The notes under the pieces are model-generated. The model was not told the DNA's origin and did no database searches. It saw nothing but the letters and a program-made list of their open reading frames with translations. From Candidatus Fraserbacteria bacterium (GTDB lineage Bacteria > Bipolaricaulota > Bipolaricaulia > RBG-16-55-9 > JANLFV01): DNA of 14,525 nt. The stretch covers positions 1 to 14,525 of the forward strand of contig JBBIJD010000024.1 in the NCBI GenBank assembly GCA_037446135.1, written 5' to 3'. Shown here in pieces: positions 1 to 7,801 of this stretch. The position numbers were made by a program, and so were the translations under genes. Position 1 is the first letter of the stretch; every line of letters starts with the position of its first letter.

Positions 1-248
1 AGCCAGAGCGGGAGGCCCCAGTGGCGGGCCAGCATGGCCGCGGCCACACCCTTCCCCAGGTCGAGGGCCAAGGCGAGCGGATAATAGCGCCAGCCGAGGA
101 CCCGTCCGACATTCGTGGCCCCGACATTCCCGCTCCCATACTCGCGGATGTCAATCCCCTTGACGAGCCGGCCGAGGAGGTAGCTGAAGGGGAGCGCTCC
201 GAGGAGATAGAAGAGAGCTGCCGCGAGCAGGCCTTCCAGGGGCTTCAA
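1..248 (-). CDS. plsY: Glycerol-3-phosphate acyltransferase PlsY, N-terminal part; runs off the window edge
   Basis: Not in the ORF track; translated by hand from TTG at 248: MKPLEGLLAAALFYLLGALPFSYLLGRLVKGIDIREYGSGNVGATNVGRVLGWRYYPLALALDLGKGVAAAMLARHWGLPLW. Contains the PlsY motifs YLLGxxP, DIRxxGSGNxGATN and DxxKG. Starts 8 nt after the rpsA stop. Confidence 0.93.
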   Translation of the reverse strand, partial: MKPLEGLLAAALFYLLGALPFSYLLGRLVKGIDIREYGSGNVGATNVGRVLGWRYYPLALALDLGKGVAAAMLARHWGLPLW

Positions 249-256
249 GGCTGGGC

Positions 257-1894
257 TTATTTCGTCTTGCTCCGGAGGTGCTCCCGCATCGTGAGGGCTT
301 CGTGGCCCTGCCCTTCCTTATAGAGCTCGACCGGCTCGAGGTTCCGCATCGAGAGGCGGACTTGGCGCTTCTCCTCGTTGATCCCGATGATCCGGGCCTC
401 GACCTCGTCCCCCACATGGAGGACCTCATGAGGGGTGGAGATCCGCTCATCGGAGATCTCCGAGACATGGATCAGGCCCTCGACATCGGGCGTGATCTGC
501 ATGAAGGCCCCGAAGTCCTTGAGCTCGATGATCTTCCCCCGGACGATCGAGTTGAGGGAATACTCCTCGAGGAACTTGTGCCAGGGGTCTTCCTTTAGCT
601 CCTTCAGGGAGAGGCGGATCTTCCGCTTGGCCCGATCGCTCTTCAGGACCTTAGCCTCGATCTCGTCCCCCTCCTTGAGGAGCTCATCCGGCCGCTTGAG
701 CCGCTCCCAGCTCATCTCGGAGATGTGCAAGAGGGCCTCGACTCCCTCCTCCAGCTCGACGAAGGCCCCGAAGTCGGCCAGCTTGGTGACCCTCCCGCGG
801 ACGATCGCCCCCTGGGGATACTTCTTGTCGATCGTCTCCCAGGGGTCCGGCTGGGCCCGTTTGAGTGAGAGCGAGATCCGGTGAGTCTTCTCGTCGCAGC
901 CGAGCACGACCACCTCGACCTCCTCGCCTAGGGAGACGACCTGACGGGGGTCCTCGGGGAAGCCCCAGGAGAGCTCGGAGATGTGGACCAAGCCCTCAAC
1001 ATCCGGTTCGAGCTCGACGAAGGCCCCGAAGTCGGTGATCGAGACGACCTTCCCCTTCACCCGCTTCCCCACAGGGTAGCGCGTGGCCAGTCCCTCCCAG
1101 GGATTGGGCCGGAGCCGCTTGATCGAGAGGGAGATCCGCTCCTTCTCCCGGTCGAAGCCGATGACCTTGACCTGGAGCTTCTGGCCCGGCTTGTAGTTGT
1201 GGGCCGGGAAGGGGACATCCTTCCAGGAGATCTCCGAGCGATGGACCAGCCCCTCGAACCCGCCGATGTCGACGAAGATCCCGAAGTCCACGACCGACTT
1301 GACCACCCCTTCCCGGACCTGCCCCTCCTCCAGGCTCGCAAAGAGCCGCTCCTTCCGTTCCTCCTCCAGCTTCTCCAGATACCGCTTGTGGGAGACGACG
1401 AGGTTCTTCTCCCAGCGGTCGAGCTCGATGATCAGGAGGTCGACCTCGCGCCCCCGGAGCTTGTTAATATCCCCAGGGAGGTCAGTCCCCAAGTGCGACC
1501 CGGGGAGGAAGGCCCGGATCCCCGAGAGATTCACATGATAACCGGCCCCGGGGACCTCGGCCTCGACCTTCCCCTTCACCGAGAGCCCCTTCTGGTAAGC
1601 CTCCTCGAGCTGGGAGATCACCCGCTCGAAGAGGGCCTGCTTCTCCGAGACATAGACCGTCCCCTCTTCCTCGTCGATGTAGGTCACGAGGACCTCGAGT
1701 TCCTCCCCTTCGGAGATCTGACCGTTCCGGAAGGGCGAAAGCTCGCTGGGGCGGAGGATCCCCTCAGTCTTGTAGCCGATATCGACCGAGATCGCCTGCT
1801 CCCCGATCTGGAGGACCTTGCCCTTGATGATGTCCCCCCGCGTGTAGGTATGGACATCACTGTCCGTGACAAACTCTTCCATCTTCTTCACCAT
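257..1894 (-). CDS. rpsA: 30S ribosomal protein S1 (six S1/OB repeats)
   Basis: 545 aa with six S1 repeats (FGxFVxL/I...EGLxHxSE(I/L/M)S...xSLSxK in the C-terminal four). SD-like GGTGGTG upstream of ATG 1894. Sits in the cmk-ispH-rpsA neighbourhood. Confidence 0.97.
   Translation of the reverse strand: MVKKMEEFVTDSDVHTYTRGDIIKGKVLQIGEQAISVDIGYKTEGILRPSELSPFRNGQISEGEELEVLVTYIDEEEGTVYVSEKQALFERVISQLEEAYQKGLSVKGKVEAEVPGAGYHVNLSGIRAFLPGSHLGTDLPGDINKLRGREVDLLIIELDRWEKNLVVSHKRYLEKLEEERKERLFASLEEGQVREGVVKSVVDFGIFVDIGGFEGLVHRSEISWKDVPFPAHNYKPGQKLQVKVIGFDREKERISLSIKRLRPNPWEGLATRYPVGKRVKGKVVSITDFGAFVELEPDVEGLVHISELSWGFPEDPRQVVSLGEEVEVVVLGCDEKTHRISLSLKRAQPDPWETIDKKYPQGAIVRGRVTKLADFGAFVELEEGVEALLHISEMSWERLKRPDELLKEGDEIEAKVLKSDRAKRKIRLSLKELKEDPWHKFLEEYSLNSIVRGKIIELKDFGAFMQITPDVEGLIHVSEISDERISTPHEVLHVGDEVEARIIGINEEKRQVRLSMRNLEPVELYKEGQGHEALTMREHLRSKTK
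753..1035. repeat. 25-bp exact direct repeat AGCTCGACGAAGGCCCCGAAGTCGG (753-777 and 1011-1035) inside rpsA
   Basis: Both copies encode DFGAFVEL of adjacent S1 repeats, so protein-domain repetition explains them. Confidence 0.85.
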
Positions 1895-2750
1895 CGTTCA
1901 CACCACCCATCAGTCTTAAGATCTCTCCTTGCACTGCCCGAATGGACGACTCGGGAGTGGAGGTCCCTCCCGAGATCCCGATCCGCGACTTCCCGATAAA
2001 CCACCTCCTTTCCAACTCCTTCTGGTCCTCTATATGGTAGCATCTGGTGTAACGGGCTGCAATCTCGGCGAGTCGGGAGGTGTTCGAGCTATTCCTGCCG
2101 CCGATCACGAGCATCATCTCCAGCCCTTGGGCCGCCCGGCGGACCGCCTCCTGGCGGAGCATCGTCTCCGGGCAGAGGGTGTTGACGACCTTCAGCTCGT
2201 GGGTGAGTGGCGCGGCCGCCGCCACTACGGCCGCGAACTGCTCCGGGAGGATCGTGGTCTGGGCGAGGAGGCCCAATCTTTGGCCCCTCATAGCCTCGAC
2301 TTCCAGTCCCTCGGGTTCGAGGACGATTGCCGCTTCTGCACCTCCCGCCGCGCGGAGGCCCTCGACCTCAGGGTGGCTCCGATGGCCGACGATCACCAGG
2401 CGGTAGCCCTCCTCCAGGAGACGGCGGGCCTGCCGCTGGGCGGCCAGCACCAGCGGGCAGGTCCCGTCGATGATCTCATATCCTCGGCGCTCGACCTCCG
2501 CTTTAAGCTCGGGCAAGAGCCCGTGGGCTCGGATGAGGAAGGGCTCCCCCCGCCCGTCCTCCGGGAGTTCGGCCAGCTCGGGCAAGACTTGTAACCCCGC
2601 CGCTTGGAGCCGAGCCACCTCCCCGGGGTTATGGATCGGTTGGCCGAGGCAGTAGAGCCTCCCTCGCTCCTGGAGGAGCCGCTCGATCAGCCCAACGATC
2701 CGCCGGACCCCCGAACAGAAGCCGTATGGCCGGACGAGCTCAATCTCCAT
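1857..2750 (-). CDS. ispH: 4-hydroxy-3-methylbut-2-enyl diphosphate reductase (LytB/IspH)
   Basis: Three Fe-S cysteines in GFCSGV, DGTCPLV and NTLCPET, plus IHN, RAHG, HPEV, QTT, GGRNSSNT and GTSTP motifs. Overlaps rpsA by 38 nt. Confidence 0.97.
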   Translation of the reverse strand: MEIELVRPYGFCSGVRRIVGLIERLLQERGRLYCLGQPIHNPGEVARLQAAGLQVLPELAELPEDGRGEPFLIRAHGLLPELKAEVERRGYEIIDGTCPLVLAAQRQARRLLEEGYRLVIVGHRSHPEVEGLRAAGGAEAAIVLEPEGLEVEAMRGQRLGLLAQTTILPEQFAAVVAAAAPLTHELKVVNTLCPETMLRQEAVRRAAQGLEMMLVIGGRNSSNTSRLAEIAARYTRCYHIEDQKELERRWFIGKSRIGISGGTSTPESSIRAVQGEILRLMGGVNDGEEDGRVCHGQ

Positions 2751-2755
2751 TACTA

Positions 2756-3394
2756 TTATTCCTCTCGCTCCACCCGATCGATCCGCTCCATCAGCATCAG
2801 GCTCAACCGCCGGTAGCGCTCCTCCCGCCCCAGTCCGGGCGGGAGGGCCCCCGCTAGTTCCTCGAGGCGGAATGGCCGGCCGAAGCGGACCTCGATCTTG
2901 GGGAAGCCGAAGGGATAGCGGGGAGGATAGGGGCCGGAGGCGAGGAGCCTTACGGGGAGGAGCTTCTGGCCCGTCCGCTCGGCGAACCGTGCGACCCCGA
3001 TCTTTGGGGCCTTCGCCCCCTTGGTAGTCCCCTCGGGGAAGATCCCGACCAGCTCTTTGGCCTCGATCGCGGCCAGGACTCTCCGGTAGTCACTTAAGCG
3101 GAAGCTCTCGCGGTCGATCGGGATCGCATAGAGGCGGATGAGGAGGGCCAGGAGGGGGTTCCGCATCAGGGTCTTCCGAGCCACGAACCGGATCTGCTGT
3201 CGTCCGCCCACGGCCACGGCTAAAAGGGGGATGTCCCAATAGCTCTGGTGGCGGGCGATGAGGATCGCCCCATCCTTCGGGATGTTCCTCCGGCCATAGA
3301 CCCTCAAGCGGAAGAGGAGCCGAAAGACGAGTCGGAGGAGTGTAACACAGCCGAAGTAAAAGGTGGCCTTAGCGCTCTCGCTGAGCCTGCTCAT
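2756..3394 (-). CDS. plsC: 1-acyl-sn-glycerol-3-phosphate acyltransferase (PlsC family)
   Basis: HxxxxD motif (HQSYWD), IPIDR and IFPEGT. Lies between cmk and ispH. Start overlaps the cmk 3' end by 26 nt, so the exact start is uncertain. Confidence 0.9.
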   Translation of the reverse strand: MSRLSESAKATFYFGCVTLLRLVFRLLFRLRVYGRRNIPKDGAILIARHQSYWDIPLLAVAVGGRQQIRFVARKTLMRNPLLALLIRLYAIPIDRESFRLSDYRRVLAAIEAKELVGIFPEGTTKGAKAPKIGVARFAERTGQKLLPVRLLASGPYPPRYPFGFPKIEVRFGRPFRLEELAGALPPGLGREERYRRLSLMLMERIDRVEREE

Positions 3395-3992
3395 CTTTTT
3401 TCAGGGCCTTCCGCACCCCCTCGAGGGCCCGCTCGATCACCTCCTCGATCGAGAGTCCATCGGTCGCGATCACGATGGCATCGGGAGCTGGAATGAGTCG
3501 CTCGAAGCCACGGTCCCGTCGATCCCGCTCCTCTATCTCCTTTTTGGTCTCCTCGAGCGAGCCGCCCCGCTCGCGCCACCGCCGGCGCGCGCGCTCCTCG
3601 AGCGAGGCCTCTAAGAAGATCTTCACCTCCGCCTCGGGGAGGACGACCCGCCCGATGTCCCGCCCCTCCATCACCACATCCCGACCTTTGGCCAGCTCTC
3701 GCTGCCTCTTGATGAGGAAGGCCCGGACCCGCGGGGAGCGGGCTACCTCGCTCGCTAATCGATCGAGCTCCTCATTGTATAGCTCTGAAGTGATCTCCTT
3801 CCCGTTCAGGAAGACCCGCTCCCCCTCAAGATCGAGCTCCATCTCCTCCAATTCCAGCCCCTGCTTAAAGCCCCAAGCGATGGCGCGATACATCGCCCCG
3901 GTATTGATGAACTCGAACCCTAGCTCCGCGGCAAGCCTCCGCCCGAGGGTCGTCTTCCCCGACCCCGCCGGGCCATCGATGGCGATCATCAT
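3369..3992 (-). CDS. cmk: (d)CMP / cytidylate kinase
   Basis: IAIDGPAGSGKTT P-loop, TGAMYR, VMEGRDIG, KIFLEAS.EERARRR and RDRRD. ATGA overlap with the ispE stop. Confidence 0.96.
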   Translation of the reverse strand: MMIAIDGPAGSGKTTLGRRLAAELGFEFINTGAMYRAIAWGFKQGLELEEMELDLEGERVFLNGKEITSELYNEELDRLASEVARSPRVRAFLIKRQRELAKGRDVVMEGRDIGRVVLPEAEVKIFLEASLEERARRRWRERGGSLEETKKEIEERDRRDRGFERLIPAPDAIVIATDGLSIEEVIERALEGVRKALKKDEQAQRER

Positions 3993-5047
3993 GGGAGCTC
4001 CTCCAGCTCGGGCTCATACCCCACTTGAGTGGGCCGACACAAGAAGACCTGAGCCCCAAGTCCACTTGAAGCCTCTTCCATAAAGCGCGTAAGCTCGGTC
4101 TCTCGCCTAACCAACTTGGCTGTATGCCGCTTACGCTTATACCACCGTCCGGGCAGCAGCTCATTGCGCCAGGCCCAGGAGATGGCATAGTATGTCGGGC
4201 CGCTGCCGCTCATCCCGAAGAAGAGCGGATGTTGAGCCCGGGCCTGCCAGCGCTCTAAAAAAGCACGATACTCTTTCAATTCCGGACAGAGCCTCAAAGC
4301 AGCCCCTTCGAGATCGTTGGCAAGATCGAGCTCATACTCAAACTCTCCCCCATTGACCTTCCTAGGTTCCATATGGACGCTCCGGAGGGGCCGGCCCCAC
4401 CATCTCCGTGGTGGGCGAATTACAGCGTGTATAAGATCATAGCTGAAGCCGGTGCGAAGCTTCTGTCCTGCCGGGGGCATCTCGCCTGCACCTGTCCGAT
4501 CGAACTCGGCATAGACATCGGCAGTCCGGAGGGTGCAGGCCGGCTTGAGCAGCACGATAAAGCTGTCCGAGAGGGGCGAAGGGAGCTTGGATAGGATCTC
4601 ACCCCGCCCAGTCGCTCGACATAGCCCGCCCTCGAAGAAGAAGGGGACATCGCTCCCCAGCTCTAAGCCCAGAGCCTTCAACTCCTCCTTGCTAAGGTTC
4701 AGGTGGAAGAGCTCATTGATCCCGGCGAGGGTGGCCGCACCGTCGCTGCTAGCGCCGCCCAGCCCTGCGCCGACCGGGATCCCTTTCGATAGGCGAATAT
4801 GGACGCCCTCCCGGCAGCCCGACCGCTCCAAGATCAGCCGGGCCGCGCGATAGACAAGGTTCTCTTCAGGAGAGAGCCCCAAGTCCGGCTCCACTTCCAA
4901 GGTCACTCCAGAAGGCCGCGGCTCGATTACCAGCTCATCGGCGAGGGAGATGCTCTGCATCAGGGTCTGGATCTCGTGGTAGCCGTCCTCTCGCTTGCGG
5001 AGGACCCTCAGGCCTAGGTTGATCTTAGCATAAGTGCGGATTCGCAT
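3989..5047 (-). CDS. ispE: 4-diphosphocytidyl-2-C-methyl-D-erythritol kinase, enlarged by two insertions
   Basis: AKINLGL, DGYHEIQT, GHMP motif IPVGAGLGGASSD, GSDVPFF, NDLE and MSGSGPT. SD GAGGT before ATG 5047. 352 aa against roughly 280-300 for typical IspE. Confidence 0.94.
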   Translation of the reverse strand: MRIRTYAKINLGLRVLRKREDGYHEIQTLMQSISLADELVIEPRPSGVTLEVEPDLGLSPEENLVYRAARLILERSGCREGVHIRLSKGIPVGAGLGGASSDGAATLAGINELFHLNLSKEELKALGLELGSDVPFFFEGGLCRATGRGEILSKLPSPLSDSFIVLLKPACTLRTADVYAEFDRTGAGEMPPAGQKLRTGFSYDLIHAVIRPPRRWWGRPLRSVHMEPRKVNGGEFEYELDLANDLEGAALRLCPELKEYRAFLERWQARAQHPLFFGMSGSGPTYYAISWAWRNELLPGRWYKRKRHTAKLVRRETELTRFMEEASSGLGAQVFLCRPTQVGYEPELEELP

Positions 5048-6236
5048 AGACTACCTCGCCCCGCTTGAGGACATACTTAACCAGATCATGGCCGAGGAAG
5101 TAGGGGATCTGGCGATAATTCCCAAGGTCGAGGACCACCAAGTCCGCGAGCAGCCCCGGTGCGATCATTCCCCGATCCTTGAGGTCTAAGGCCCAAGCCC
5201 CGTTCCGCGTCGCGGCCAGGAGGGCCTCTTCGACGGTCAGCCCCATTCTCAAGACCGCCAGGGCGATGATGAGGAGCATCGAGTGGATCGGGCAGGTCCC
5301 GGGATTGAAGTCCGTGGCCAAGGCCACGGGGAGCCCGGCAGCGAGCATCTTCCTCGTGGCGCGCCACGCCGGGGCATAGTCGGCATTCAGGATGAAGGCC
5401 GTCCCCGGGAGGAGGACCGGGATCACCCCGGCTTGGCGCAATCGCTGAATTCCCTGATCTGAGACCTTCAAGAGATGGTCGGCCGAGACGGCTCCCAGCT
5501 CCGCGGCCAGCTCCGCCCCACCCGAATATTGAAGTTCATCGGCATGGAGCTTCAACTTCAGTCCGGCCTCCTTGCAGGCCCGGAGGAGCCTCCGGCTCTC
5601 TTCGACGGAGAAGAACCCCGGCTCGCAGAAGACATCGCAGAATTCGGCGAGCGGCTTCACCCCATTTGTTATCTTTGGGATCATCTCCAGGACCTCCTCG
5701 ACATACTCGGAGCTGCTCTTCCCCTCAGGGACGGCATGGGCCCCGAGGAAGGTCGGGATGACATCGAGCGGCAGGTCCTCGTTTAACCTATTGATCACCC
5801 GCAGCAGCTTTAGCTCATTCTCCAGGTCGAGGCCATAGCCGCTCTTCACCTCGACAGTCGTCGTCCCCGAGCGGAGCATCTCCAGGAGGAACCTCTTCCC
5901 GCTTTGATAGAGCTCCTCCTCGCCCGCTTGGCGGACCGCCGCGACCGTAGCCCTGATACCCCCTCCGGAATAGGGCTCGCCGCGGCATCTCTTGAGGAAC
6001 TCCTCCTCCCTCGTCCCGGCGAAGACCGCATGGGTATGAGGGTCCACCAGGCCGGGGAGGACCACCCCACCTTTTGCGTCCAACACCTCCCGGCAGGCTG
6101 GGGCCCGAGCCAGCGGCCCCAGCTCGGCGATCCTCTCCCCGCTGATCTTGATGTAGCAGTCCTCGAGGACCGTCAGCTCACTCCCTTGAGGGCGGGGCGT
6201 GACGAGCTGGCCGATCCCGGTGATCAAGGACTCCAC
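5025..6236 (-). CDS. hutI: Imidazolonepropionase
   Basis: Amidohydrolase motifs PGLVDPHTH, GTTTVEVKSGYGL, TFLGAH, FCDVFCE, HADEL, SADHL and ALATDFNPG. GTG start; overlaps ispE by 23 nt. Confidence 0.96.
   Translation of the reverse strand: MESLITGIGQLVTPRPQGSELTVLEDCYIKISGERIAELGPLARAPACREVLDAKGGVVLPGLVDPHTHAVFAGTREEEFLKRCRGEPYSGGGIRATVAAVRQAGEEELYQSGKRFLLEMLRSGTTTVEVKSGYGLDLENELKLLRVINRLNEDLPLDVIPTFLGAHAVPEGKSSSEYVEEVLEMIPKITNGVKPLAEFCDVFCEPGFFSVEESRRLLRACKEAGLKLKLHADELQYSGGAELAAELGAVSADHLLKVSDQGIQRLRQAGVIPVLLPGTAFILNADYAPAWRATRKMLAAGLPVALATDFNPGTCPIHSMLLIIALAVLRMGLTVEEALLAATRNGAWALDLKDRGMIAPGLLADLVVLDLGNYRQIPYFLGHDLVKYVLKRGEVVYANPHLC
5356..5367. repeat. Perfect 12-bp palindrome GTGGCGCGCCAC, copy 1 (extends to 14 bp, 5355-5368), in-frame within hutI, encoding WRAT
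   Basis: Identical to 11567-11578. Removing it turns YAPA-WRAT-RKM into YAPARKM, the usual HutI segment before ALATDFNPG. Confidence 0.8.
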
Positions 6237-6243
6237 GGCTCGA

Positions 6244-6273
6244 ATATTAGGCGAAGGCTGTGCCAGCTTGCAA
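6244..6273 (-). promoter_or_regulatory. Putative sigma70-type promoter for hutI, probably leaderless
   Basis: Minus-strand TTGCAA (6273-6268), 18-bp spacer, TAATAT (6249-6244), then 7 nt to the GTG start at 6236. No SD present. Confidence 0.55.
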
Positions 6274-6276
6274 GGG

Positions 6277-6305
6277 TTGCAGCTTGGCGGATAGGCCGCT
6301 ATATT
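6277..6305 (+). promoter_or_regulatory. Putative sigma70-type promoter for hutH-era
   Basis: TTGCAG (6277-6282), 17-bp spacer, TATATT (6300-6305), then 11 nt to ATG 6317. Confidence 0.55.
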
Positions 6306-6316
6306 CAGGCAGGCAG

Positions 6317-7801
6317 ATGGACCATGCGGTGGTCGAGCTGGAAGGGGCCGGGCTGACGGTCAGGCAGGCCCACGAGGTGGTCTTCAACCTGGCGGAGGTC
6401 CGGCCTTCTAAGGAGGGGCTCGCGCGGGTCGAACGGGCCTATCGGGCCTTGAAGGAGGCCCTCGCGCGCGGTGACCGGATCTACGGCGTCTCCACCGGCT
6501 TCGGGAAGCTGAGCGAGCTCCTCATCCCCCAAGAGCAGCAGCGGGCCCTCCAGGAGAACCTCCTCCGGAGCCACGCCGTCGCCGTGGGGGAGCCCCTTCC
6601 GGACGAGGCGAGCCGGGCGGCCCTCCTCTTCCGGGTGAACTCCTTGCTCAAGGGCCACTCCGGGGTCCGGCCTAAGCTCATCGATCACCTCATCATGCTC
6701 TTGAATCGCCGGGTCTACCCCTCGATCCCGAGGAAGGGCTCAGTTGGGGCCTCGGGCGACCTCGCACCGCTGGCCCATCTGGCACTCCTCCTGATCGGAG
6801 AGGGCGAGGCCAAGCTCGACGGCAAGCTCCTCCCGGGGAGGGAGGTCTTAAGGCGGCTGGGGCTTGAGCCGCTCGCCTTGGAGCCGAAGGAGGGACTAGC
6901 CCTGATCAACGGGACTCAAGTCTCGCTGGCCGTGGGGTTCCTCGCCTTCGTCCGGGCTGAGCGGCTCCTCGAGGAGGCGATCCTCCTCTCCGCGATGGCA
7001 CTGGAGGCCTACGGCGGGAAGAGCGAGCCCTATGATGAGCGGCTCCACCGGGCCCGGCCCCATCCCGGCCAGCTCGCGGTCGCCGCTCAGGTCCGAGAGC
7101 TCTTGCAAGGGAGCGGGCTGGTCGACCGCGGGGATGCCGTCCAGGACCCCTACTCCTTGAGGTGCGTCCCTCAGATCCTCGGGGCCGCCCATGATGCCTT
7201 GGGATTTGTGAGAGAGAGGCTCGAGATCGAGATGAACTCCGCGACCGATAACCCCTTGATCTTCCCCGAGACCGGCGAGGTCCTCTCCGGCGGGAACTTC
7301 CACGGCGAGCCCTTGGCACTGGCCTTCGAGCTCTTGGCCCAGGCAATAGCGGAGATCGGGGCCCTCGCCGAGCGCCAGCTCAATCTGCTCTTGACCGCCC
7401 CGGGCTTGCCCCCATTCCTGGCCGAGGAGCCGGGCCTCTCCTCCGGGCTGATGCTCCTCCAATATACCGCCGCGGCCTTGGTGGGCGAGAACAAGGTCCT
7501 GGCCCATCCCGCCTCCGTGGACTCGATCCCCACCTCCGGTGGGACGGAGGACCACAACAGCTTCTGCTCGATCTCCGCGGAGAAGGCCCTCAAGATCGCC
7601 GAGAATGTCGAACACATCCTGGCGCTCGAGCTCCTCGCCGCTGGCCAGGCCCTCGACTTCTGCGAGAGGGCCAAGATGGCCCCGGCGACGAAAGAGAGAT
7701 ATGAGCAGCTCCGGGAGAGGGTCCCCCACCTGGCCAGTGATCGCCTGATGCAAAGGGATATTGAGGAGGCCCTCACCTTGGTGAGGGGTGGACTGGGATG
7801 A
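6317..7801 (+). CDS. hutH: Histidine ammonia-lyase
   Basis: YGVSTGFG, His-specific LRSH, MIO-forming GSVGASGDL, KEGLALINGT, VQDPYSLRC and NSATDNP...SGGNFHG. ATG 6317 is preferred to the track's GTG 6260, which lies upstream of the predicted promoter and adds non-homologous residues. Confidence 0.96.
   Translation: MDHAVVELEGAGLTVRQAHEVVFNLAEVRPSKEGLARVERAYRALKEALARGDRIYGVSTGFGKLSELLIPQEQQRALQENLLRSHAVAVGEPLPDEASRAALLFRVNSLLKGHSGVRPKLIDHLIMLLNRRVYPSIPRKGSVGASGDLAPLAHLALLLIGEGEAKLDGKLLPGREVLRRLGLEPLALEPKEGLALINGTQVSLAVGFLAFVRAERLLEEAILLSAMALEAYGGKSEPYDERLHRARPHPGQLAVAAQVRELLQGSGLVDRGDAVQDPYSLRCVPQILGAAHDALGFVRERLEIEMNSATDNPLIFPETGEVLSGGNFHGEPLALAFELLAQAIAEIGALAERQLNLLLTAPGLPPFLAEEPGLSSGLMLLQYTAAALVGENKVLAHPASVDSIPTSGGTEDHNSFCSISAEKALKIAENVEHILALELLAAGQALDFCERAKMAPATKERYEQLRERVPHLASDRLMQRDIEEALTLVRGGLG

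Noticed and set aside
21..46. Near-match GTGGCGGGCCAG (10/12) to the WRAT palindrome, and palindrome TGGCCGCGGCCA, in plsY
   Set aside because: PlsY appears normal in length here (KGVAAAMLARHWG), so there is no evidence of an indel.
753..1035. Direct repeats in rpsA as a possible CRISPR array or mobile repeat
   Set aside because: In frame with S1 domain repeats and 258 bp apart, with no spacer architecture.
983..1999. Long antisense and alternative-frame ORFs (983-1999 +, also 1929-2594 +, 6896-7753 -, 13739-14401 - and others)
   Set aside because: Shadow ORFs opposite well-supported genes, expected from high GC and codon bias, with no recognisable motifs.
2207..3579. Partial matches GTGGCGCG (2207, ispH) and CGCGCCAC (3572, cmk) to the WRAT palindrome
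   Set aside because: Only 8-9 of 12 bases match, and both fall in conserved-length protein segments.
5651..5680. Slightly long, AT-richer hutI segment KITNGVKP with imperfect hairpin GGGG-TGAAG-CCGC
   Set aside because: Variable-length loop, no second copy in the window, and a mismatched stem. It cannot be called an insertion without alignments.
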